A stretch of 64,000 nucleotides of DNA from a virus. A program made the position numbers and the translations under genes. The notes below the pieces were generated by a model, which saw only the letters and a list, made by a program, of their open reading frames with translations, ran no database searches and was not told the origin of the DNA. The stretch covers positions 64,001 through 128,000 of IMG/VR virus record IMGVR_UViG_3300027976_000007; one strand, 5' to 3'. Within the stretch, counting starts at the first letter, position 1, and every line of letters begins with the position of its first letter. Below, piece by piece: positions 58,501 through 64,000 of the stretch.

Positions 58501-58797
58501 TCTATCGAATCCCAATCTAGATAAATCATAGTCAGGAGATACTATTATAGAATTGGTATTGGTTTTTCCCTTTATGCTAGTATTAGAACCATCAACCGAC
58601 CAACCTGTATATGAATAGTCTGAGTGTAGGGTTTCTTTGTTAGAATCATAAACATGAAATTCCATAGTATCTTCCCCTGGATCATAAGACCCTTCCAATT
58701 CATAGTTCGGAATTAGGGTTTGATCAATATTATTAAAACCCCCTTTAGATAAAAGATAGGGATTAATAGTATTTATTGAAGAAGAAATATTATTCAT
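52594..58797 (-). CDS. Large baseplate protein (2067 aa)
   Basis: IPEFIRD..MVGQHFDEVW.Y..YLIKKKGT..GLRQLI..WGIP (wedge gp7 / P2 gpI-like motif); Ser/Thr/Gly-rich; located in the baseplate cluster. Confidence 0.65.
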   Translation of the reverse strand: MNNISSSINTINPYLLSKGGFNNIDQTLIPNYELEGSYDPGEDTMEFHVYDSNKETLHSDYSYTGWSVDGSNTSIKGKTNTNSIIVSPDYDLSRLGFDRGKLYGVYNFIKYKLGSSQDKKYYINEISSDRTEVSLKSNYINSKNIIPLVKTLKEELENIQSGSQVLKGLSPYFDEFYLNLGDNNYSIGINIDYVGNEDDGKVIVKLYQPLPSNYNVKDELNVVIKVGESKAYEVTFLSTDPSQRKNITYLQGPNTNLDFKAKQNPSTELKSENDLMETNSSASKFNLLKILKDEGVKITPNYSYGTFNEFVNFSSAKSRINNFYKKVSNIQGWEDQISLLTSTTSSSPTINSFYSRIENTIKNFDDFEYYQYYNSSSFSYPKTGSNYPYTLLNTGSTQVLTWMGNDIENHQYYGGYILSASLYDNKNQNWLYYTIPEFIRDNDDNNQYIEFSNMVGQHFDEVWMYTKALSERYNTTNNLDQGLPLGLIKDAIDSLGFTSVTSKNTDNFIGLIGENDGYYAPSTGSEFINDYIAVNVSGSTPNIIQSFPYALDKINKEILKRLYHNLSYLIKKKGTISGLRQLINVWGIPNTILRINEFGGKNKDNDNDYDDWYNRFSYAFKTNSNASYYTLITPWEETYSSFLKGERNVPSSIAFRFQTLGIPDESHFTQSLISNLNSSTSDGCGFGITLNYATQSLGNYQGTGSNPYGEYGTLNFVLGDNSGNFIESDDIYLPFFDKGWWSVLLKREGATTKGSANDITYTLYAKNKQYNGSDGNSLGFQASASFIITGSSDAGAQLYNTMFESTSSGAGVGLLLGGGKDGTQIKGTTKILNVSGVQFTGSFQELRYYTKPLNGNSFNSFVMNPESIEGNSVTGPESSFDMLAFRAPLGNELETKFTLPSGVSTTYYSSSHPSTYNEVPSLITGSFIYDGVVTSGYSLTSELTSSGDLSTSNVEVYFMNQPSSGVNNKISNKIQIKNNPYYGNLLSRETSIQQDYQVSRSYVEDTTMLEVGFSPQDEVNDDIIQSLGYNFISDTLGDPRFMTTGSVFYPQLRVIAKEYFKKYSKGNLQDYIRLIKYYDNSLFSSIKAYTPARTKVNTGIIIKQHLLERNRVHPTQFTINTKVATNSSSSMNESISFKNIEITASIPPTEIYSFTEGPGGVLNPYNNPSFNQSYTSSQHTPIGIIEKIEDTQKEFYNGEYEGTELPITTQSLFNNPYSSFKGEPIFYHTLITSSINYPSYSVDIHYYVSSDYTSALEIEELMTNNPPPETDAVILSLYLARTAPTYSLASIALWTKNKPETLDGRDNPTIPGWGDYLYPNEKKYPQNVRAPYFYFDLETGNVDPYLPGTPSSGKIASSLLGIPTDDKLWVQNTKQYRIFKYQKDRRLFRSSFSLVTPSGGFASKTLYLGSFKTQRDFHIKNIYNIGTASVNMYPLTYFNSGSDIAKWIPTSFIFNRLSLNGGDTINNINTLANNPTFQITLDYNGTPQSQGVYNLSGSIINNEYNLIESQGESTDDTNTYFQYNIDGRINSGSSDFSLTTTSNVLYNFSPILPSDFIFSNSDFNALLNNDEGIRKSKHIQSIEYQSGMHLPSNLNLIKQNKASRVETPDSNYHQKSFTQPRYLGSKLKSVNYNYYTPRSSSISFINGDSGSWDGDVSYGNESVINSYPRYFAHFKSSYSNLALEGTYIFEIDTLIESPQEDINVTNFKINTPTLKTKGNSDFLQIVSSAFEKNRDSLILYDSNISSSINYSTLKEKKSKIFQGGIQYNIIGATTTGLYGPSPNNFPNSSPAMSFTTSSFQETYRFELSYTIGNTVYGPLLITSSNSFILGGSNIKVSQSLNITTGEVCSFYGPGLGLINSINTVLELNQPTTYSLGEGYILGFPINSSLSLSTSKGDYKNYHTFNFSSSSIAGYSTQLLPFIIKQNDEIQITYLPMGGSAKQPHITQEFIVTSVSSEDGVGSLYQYSGSSPTNPTNTIHSSSLFNKINVSPDPSTLNIANGEIDNIIIRRREEKDNRIIIYQTPPQGVLGNNNITGGGFIIPNDFSITQKNNIQGLIDILKEKNSFG

Positions 58798-59155
58798 TGT
58801 TTATTATAGTATTAGTAAATTCCTCTATTAAGGATGCAGTTTCTTTTCTTAGTTCTAAGTTTTCATTTCTTAAATTATCTATTTCTTCTAAAAGGGCGTT
58901 AATTTCATCTTGGTTTGGGGTGAAATCTATATGTTCAGTACTTTCTTTTACCAAATATTCGTGTGAATTATTATCCCCATATTTAGGGATCTCGAAAAAG
59001 AGCTTGTTATATAAGGTAAAAAAGTCCTCTACGTTAGCCAAGTTGACATCGAAAAAATTAGGGTCTTTAACTTCCTTTAACTCTTTAAATGAAGCATCTA
59101 CTGTCTTATAGAATTTTGATTTATCAAAAACGTTTCTATTTAATTTTATATCCAT
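58790..59155 (-). CDS. Small coiled-coil baseplate-cluster protein
   Basis: FF.LYN.LFFEIP..G..NSHEYLV; C-terminal heptads. Confidence 0.6.
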   Translation of the reverse strand: MDIKLNRNVFDKSKFYKTVDASFKELKEVKDPNFFDVNLANVEDFFTLYNKLFFEIPKYGDNNSHEYLVKESTEHIDFTPNQDEINALLEEIDNLRNENLELRKETASLIEEFTNTIINNE

Positions 59156-59156
59156 A

Positions 59157-60293
59157 TCACTTTTCTATTTTAAATCTAATATCTTCATTAAAAGTTTTTG
59201 TTACTCCATCTAATGTAGTCTTTATCAGTATTGTATATTCTCTATAAGGTTCTAACCCATCCATATAAACATCAAAATAACTAGATACAGGATCTGAGCT
59301 TATTTTGGTATATAAATTATCAAATTCTACAACAAATTCATTAGTCCCAGTATCTTTTATAGCATACCAAGATGAATTACCTGGTAAGTAATAATTTTGA
59401 GAATAGAAAGAAGAGGTTGAAAAAGTTCTTGTTGGGTATTTTGGAGTTGCAGATACTCTAAATCTAACTATATCTTCCATATAGTATACTTTTTCATTAT
59501 TATATATAGAAATAAAGGATTGAGGATCACTTAAAATTGTTTGAGTAGATGAACCAGTATTAAAGGAGTAATCATCCCATCTAAATTCTAGTTCTGGTGG
59601 GTAAATAGTATGTGTATCTATTGAGAAATAACGCATAATTACGTCATTATTTAAATTGTCTATGAATTCATCACTATCTCGTTGTTTTATTAAGAATCCT
59701 TGGTTTAACACGCCATCTGAAGGATTAATAGAATTACTATACCATGTTTGGACTGTTGTAGTTACATCTACTTTTATATCTTTCTCATCAGAATAAGAAA
59801 AGCTTTGGGTTTGTACTAAGTTCAACCCTAAATTAGATCCTGTATACCAGTTTCCTCCTCCAGGAAGAGAAGTTTGGAATGAAGAAGTCACATATTCTGG
59901 TAAACTTGAAGTAGGCCATAGAGAGGACCCTTGATAATCTAAATACCTCCAACTAACACCATTAGTTACTTGAGGGGAATCCCCAAATTGACCCGTACCC
60001 ATACCCCAATCCCCCGATATTGGATAGAAATATAGTTTTTTATCTAAATTCAAACCCGTTAATAAGGCCATTTTGTTTTTCAAATAAACAACAGAGGAAG
60101 ATGAATTGATTTTATTATCTATAATACCTACAATCTCCTCCGTTGAAAATTTTATTAAATACCTGCTAACTTGAGGATATGAATCTCCCATATAAGTTGA
60201 AGCTTCCAATATAGGATCTAACCCTGAATTAGCATCAGGATATTGGGTGTATAATGTAGCATCCTTTTCAGGAAAGATCTTGTAAATTGCCAT
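59157..60293 (-). CDS. Virion structural protein (DNRLRE-like beta domain)
   Basis: PEKDATLY..N.G.D.ILE..SRYLIKF..YFSIDTHTIYPPEL. Confidence 0.55.
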   Translation of the reverse strand: MAIYKIFPEKDATLYTQYPDANSGLDPILEASTYMGDSYPQVSRYLIKFSTEEIVGIIDNKINSSSSVVYLKNKMALLTGLNLDKKLYFYPISGDWGMGTGQFGDSPQVTNGVSWRYLDYQGSSLWPTSSLPEYVTSSFQTSLPGGGNWYTGSNLGLNLVQTQSFSYSDEKDIKVDVTTTVQTWYSNSINPSDGVLNQGFLIKQRDSDEFIDNLNNDVIMRYFSIDTHTIYPPELEFRWDDYSFNTGSSTQTILSDPQSFISIYNNEKVYYMEDIVRFRVSATPKYPTRTFSTSSFYSQNYYLPGNSSWYAIKDTGTNEFVVEFDNLYTKISSDPVSSYFDVYMDGLEPYREYTILIKTTLDGVTKTFNEDIRFKIEK

Positions 60294-60309
60294 TTAAATG
60301 TTTTATGTT

Positions 60310-62172
60310 TTAAAAATTAACTATCCTTCCCTTTATATCATTATTAGGAAACTTCACTTCAAATATCATAGGGTCTATTGAAGGGTAAACCACACCATCT
60401 ATAGCCGCTCCCTTAATATCATATGCAAAATTACTATAACCTAAAACTTCTTCTGTTAAATTGTGGATTTCAACTAATTTTACAGTTTGAACCCCTTCTA
60501 CTTTATCTAAAAGAACATATAAGTCTCTCAATATTATAGGTTCATTTATTTGCCATTTATCTATTTGGAAATGTTCTTGAACTCTGTCTATACATTTAGT
60601 AAGTACTTCACTATTGTTATAAGATGGGAGGGTAATTATATTAAAATTTATACCTATATTAATAATAAAGGCATCTTTAATTCTAATAGAATCATTTATC
60701 ATTCTATATTCTGATAGATATGTTTTTAAGTTGTTTTTAATTAAAGGTGAAGCTATTCTTAAGTTCTTATTATTATCAAAAGTCAGGATATAGAGATCTA
60801 GGACAGTAGGAAGTTCTCCCAACTGGTAGTCTCCTACTTTACTTTGAGCGGTAAAAGCTTTAGCTATAGAACCTAAGTTTGAAGGCATAGATAAAGCCCT
60901 AATTAAATAATCTGAAGTAGTTACACTTCTTAATTGATTTTGGAAATTTCCTAAAGCCTTAACTTTTAAATCCTCAATGGTATCTCCATCAGACCCCCCA
61001 TCTGCTGCTAGGGCATTATTAGATGCTAAAGAATTGAATGTTATGTCAGCTAATGAAGAGTTAGATAAATTAGGATTATTAAAGGTAATATTGCTAGTAT
61101 CCAACACTGATAGAGAACCAGCCTCAACGTTGGAGGTGATTCCTCCCCCTGTAAGATATCTAACAGTTAATGTTATGTTAGAAGGTGATATTCCATAAGT
61201 TTTAGTATACATGAAATTCAATGGAGAGAATGCTGTGGTTAATTTGTCTTTCTCAAAAGGAAGTCCTAAACCTACATTATCAGGGTTTGGGGTGATTTCC
61301 TCATCACTATCCATAAAGGATCCTGCTCCAAATTGGATTTCTAAAGTAGTTGGATTTATAAATCTAGAGGCAAATCTCCTTTGGGTTTGTTTTAGCTGTA
61401 ATATATAAGGGGATGATGGATCGGAAGTATATAGAGGATCATTTACGTTTGTATTTCTTATATAATCAAATACACTTTCTTGGGCCAAGTTTGGTACTTC
61501 ATACCAAGTATTTCCTTCACTATCCACAGCATCTAATATTCCTATTATGTTGGAAGCATTTAGGGTCCTACTATCAAATTTAACTGGAGAGTTAAAGGAA
61601 AATGTAGTTGTATTAATAGTAGAAGAAATAGATTTCCTTGTTTTCTTTAATAAGAAAGATGTAGGATCATCTCCTGATATTTCATATATAGTAGTTTCCG
61701 TAGGGTCGAAAGAAGAAGATGAGGAAAAATCTAAAGGATCCTCAATTATAAATTTAATGTTAGAGTTTGAATTTGAAGATATTTGAGTGTTTTGAGGGAT
61801 AGTAAGACAATATGAAAAGTCTGGTACGTAAGAAGAAGCACTTAATATAGAAGGTAATGTTTGGTAAAAGTCTACATCTACAGAAGAGGCTGTAGTAGTT
61901 TTCGGTTTATATCCTAAAAATTGAGACATTTGATATACATTTTCTATTTGTCTAGAATGTTGTATAAATGTTTCTTGAATTTGGTTATCTAGGTAAAAAG
62001 ATAAAACATCCCCTACATAAGAAGCCATCTCTATAAATAACATCCCCGTTGATGAGGGGGAAAAATCATTATAAGTATCAGAAAAATATGTTTTTGAATA
62101 CTCTATTAAGGAATTCTTAAAACTGTTAAAGTCTTTATTTATATATTTTATGTCTTTAGTAGAATTTGCCAT
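60310..62172 (-). CDS. Baseplate wedge protein (T4 gp6 / baseplate J-like)
   Basis: YINKDFNSFK..YNDFS..GMLFIEMASYVGDVLSFY, QFG.G, RSVT..DY. Confidence 0.9.
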   Translation of the reverse strand: MANSTKDIKYINKDFNSFKNSLIEYSKTYFSDTYNDFSPSSTGMLFIEMASYVGDVLSFYLDNQIQETFIQHSRQIENVYQMSQFLGYKPKTTTASSVDVDFYQTLPSILSASSYVPDFSYCLTIPQNTQISSNSNSNIKFIIEDPLDFSSSSSFDPTETTIYEISGDDPTSFLLKKTRKSISSTINTTTFSFNSPVKFDSRTLNASNIIGILDAVDSEGNTWYEVPNLAQESVFDYIRNTNVNDPLYTSDPSSPYILQLKQTQRRFASRFINPTTLEIQFGAGSFMDSDEEITPNPDNVGLGLPFEKDKLTTAFSPLNFMYTKTYGISPSNITLTVRYLTGGGITSNVEAGSLSVLDTSNITFNNPNLSNSSLADITFNSLASNNALAADGGSDGDTIEDLKVKALGNFQNQLRSVTTSDYLIRALSMPSNLGSIAKAFTAQSKVGDYQLGELPTVLDLYILTFDNNKNLRIASPLIKNNLKTYLSEYRMINDSIRIKDAFIINIGINFNIITLPSYNNSEVLTKCIDRVQEHFQIDKWQINEPIILRDLYVLLDKVEGVQTVKLVEIHNLTEEVLGYSNFAYDIKGAAIDGVVYPSIDPMIFEVKFPNNDIKGRIVNF

Positions 62173-62173
62173 T

Positions 62174-62581
62174 TTATTTTAAAACGATATTAAATGAATC
62201 TTTTACATCCAACCTAGAGATTTGGTAATCTAATCTAAATTCAATTGTATTAAAATTTGGGGAATTATTAAATGCTATTTTTTCTATTATAACGTCGGGG
62301 AAATATCTCCTTATATCTTCTTGAATTCTTTCCTTTAATTCGTCTGTAGTATAATCTGTTATGTTTTCAAACAGTAAAGTTTTTAAATCAGAACCAAAAT
62401 TAGGGTTAAATACTCTTTCTCTTTTATTAGTTAATAAGTAATTAATCAAATTAGCTTTGGTTTGGTCCTTGGTTTGGTAAGTAGTATTAAAAACGGCATT
62501 CCCGTTTAAAGGGAAGCCAAAACCTATCCCTTTATGTAGAAAAGTATCTATTGGATATTTATTAGGTAAAAGCTGAGCCAT
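62174..62581 (-). CDS. Baseplate wedge subunit (gp25/GPW-like)
   Basis: NLINYLLT.K.ERVFNPNFGSDL..LLFE. Confidence 0.9.
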   Translation of the reverse strand: MAQLLPNKYPIDTFLHKGIGFGFPLNGNAVFNTTYQTKDQTKANLINYLLTNKRERVFNPNFGSDLKTLLFENITDYTTDELKERIQEDIRRYFPDVIIEKIAFNNSPNFNTIEFRLDYQISRLDVKDSFNIVLK

Positions 62582-62898
62582 TATTTCCCAATAAGTTGTT
62601 TAATTACATCCATACTTACCTCGCCTGAAGGTAAAGTCCCATTTATTATATCCATCCCTCCTAAGGGAGAGAATTGTGGAAGATCCTTAGTAGTTAAAGA
62701 TATTTCTGTTTGATCTATCATATCTAGATATAATTTTCTCTTTTCAGATTCAGTTAAGGTTGATTTGCTGATTTCTTTTTTTTCATTAATAGGGGCCTTT
62801 CCTTGGGATAAGGCCTCAATAAGGAAAGTTTTAATTTCCTCTTGAAAAGCTTCTTTAACCGCTTCTTTAATTATTTTTTTAAAAGTTTTTGTTTTCAT
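62581..62898 (-). CDS. Small protein with N-terminal MKTKTFKKIIKEA tag
   Basis: Late motif at 62902; several (I/L/V)xE sites. Confidence 0.6.
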   Translation of the reverse strand: MKTKTFKKIIKEAVKEAFQEEIKTFLIEALSQGKAPINEKKEISKSTLTESEKRKLYLDMIDQTEISLTTKDLPQFSPLGGMDIINGTLPSGEVSMDVIKQLIGK

Positions 62899-62926
62899 TT
62901 GTTATAAATATTAAGTAATTAAATTT

Positions 62927-64000
62927 TTAAATAGGAAGAGATAGCCAATTAATATAATTATTTAAATAAAACTGGAAGGATTGGGATGAAATATTTAAAT
63001 TTAAATCCTCTACCTTATCCCATTTATATAAAGAATCATCCCAAGTGAAAACTCTCTTTCTTATTTCATAGAATAAAACACCGCCTAATTCTTCATAAGT
63101 TATTACTGTTTGGTTGTTTTCCCCAAAATCATTAAAAGGATATAAATTAGGAGTATATGTAACCCATTCATTATTTTGGAATTGATATAAATATGTAGTA
63201 TTAGGAATAGGTCTTATTTCATCTACAAATCCAGGAACACCAAAAGGAACATAAGCATTTAAAGGAATAACTCCAGTTTCAGCCAATACCCTCCCATCAG
63301 ATAAAATACGAAATTCACCTACTATAAAAATATTATTTACTAGTAAAGCATTATATCCAGAAATCCCAATACTATTATATATTTTTTTAAAGGATAACAT
63401 CCATCTACTTAAAGTTGAATTCCAAAGATATCTTCTTATTTCTAGATTTATATTATTATTTACATTTATAGAAGATTCTAAAACCTCATATGTCTCTTTA
63501 ATTTCCCCTTCATATTCACCTGGAAAACTGAATGGATAGTTTGAAGGAGGTATTGTATAATTACCCCCGGAAAGTATTACAGATTCTTCCCAACTGTTGT
63601 GGGATTCATTTATTATATCTTCTAATTCAAATGGAGTTTGAGGGTATGCTAAAGATTTGTCTATAAGATCCCACTTCTTAGTAAAAATATCAAATTTATA
63701 TTTTCTTAAAGTAACTGTATAAGATTGGGGGTTTTCTGTAGTTATGTTAGTATTAGAAACGTTATAGTTACTGATGGTATTTATTATTTGATATAGTTGT
63801 CTTATTTCTAAAGCTGAAGTTCCAGGGGTAGTAAAGGGAAAATAAAAATTTAAATCACCCTCGAAACTTTGATCAACTAACTCATAATCGGTTATAGAAT
63901 CTATCATAAATTTGATCTCGTTAACTAGAACTTCTAATGTTGTAGAATATGAATAGGTTCCTTCTAAAGTATTATATACTATTTCATTGGGGTCTTTCTT
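62927..64000 (-). CDS. Partial protein with degenerate C-terminal repeats; the 5' end lies beyond the window
   Basis: The frame is open from 64000 (KKDPNEIVYNTLEGTYSYSTTLEVLVNEIKF) into the MIDSIT of the track ORF, so the Met at 63907 is probably internal. Confidence 0.7.
   Translation of the reverse strand, partial: KKDPNEIVYNTLEGTYSYSTTLEVLVNEIKFMIDSITDYELVDQSFEGDLNFYFPFTTPGTSALEIRQLYQIINTISNYNVSNTNITTENPQSYTVTLRKYKFDIFTKKWDLIDKSLAYPQTPFELEDIINESHNSWEESVILSGGNYTIPPSNYPFSFPGEYEGEIKETYEVLESSINVNNNINLEIRRYLWNSTLSRWMLSFKKIYNSIGISGYNALLVNNIFIVGEFRILSDGRVLAETGVIPLNAYVPFGVPGFVDEIRPIPNTTYLYQFQNNEWVTYTPNLYPFNDFGENNQTVITYEELGGVLFYEIRKRVFTWDDSLYKWDKVEDLNLNISSQSFQFYLNNYINWLSLPI

Larger units (their letters stand above)
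12397..62911 (-). promoter_or_regulatory. Dispersed late-promoter motif ATATTTATAA (12 perfect copies)
   Basis: Plus-strand ttataaatat starts at 12397, 15930, 16499, 18259, 24048, 32225, 36711, 37942, 43745, 47649, 52569 and 62902, each 3-26 nt upstream of a start codon. Variants: ATATGTATAA at 14947 and 24805, ATATTTATTA at 26180, ATATGTATCA at 28939. Confidence 0.85.

Noticed and set aside
1417-61786. All plus-strand ORFs in the track (e.g. 20035-20592, 36315-36704, 42980-43306, 52577-52960)
   Set aside because: They lie antisense to convincing minus-strand genes, show shadow-type composition (rich in F/L/S/I) and have no recognisable motifs.
1-64000. Stop-codon reassignment
   Set aside because: Core genes (terminase, portal, capsid, sheath) are full length under the standard code and coding density is high.
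1-64000. tRNA, rRNA, CRISPR array, introns or inteins
   Set aside because: Intergenic gaps are short and show no cloverleaf or repeat-spacer pattern; the usual intron/intein host genes are uninterrupted and of normal or small size. Checked by eye only.

Overview
A 64-kb, AT-rich segment of a large lytic myophage, distantly related to T4. Every credible gene is on the minus strand; the plus-strand ORFs in the track are antisense shadows. In transcription order (right to left) it holds: baseplate genes (gp25, gp6-like wedge, a 2067-aa baseplate protein); GIY-YIG, primase and exonuclease; a cluster of probable capsid-packaged internal proteins and enzymes; terminase, portal, prohead core, protease, scaffold and major capsid; a homing endonuclease; PhoH; neck, tail terminator, sheath, tube, tail chaperone, tape measure and baseplate hub; and a replication module (minimal PolA, gp32-like SSB, RecA/UvsX, 5'-3' exonuclease). 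A Bacteroidetes (probably Flavobacteria-like) host is indicated by six TTTG-N20-TATATT promoters, A-rich starts without Shine-Dalgarno sequences, an Hc1-like histone protein and a BspA/DUF285 domain. Most notable: (1) a family of late genes with a shared MKKxxLKxxI(K/R)E tag and (I/L/V)-x-E linkers, including a four-domain enzyme polyprotein, which looks like a capsid-targeting and protease-release cargo system; (2) an unannotated +1/-2 programmed frameshift in the tail chaperone gene; (3) a 12-copy late promoter ATATTTATAA; (4) several recent in-frame tandem duplications; (5) extra domains appended to the C-termini of structural proteins. All family calls come from motif recognition by eye; no searches were run.
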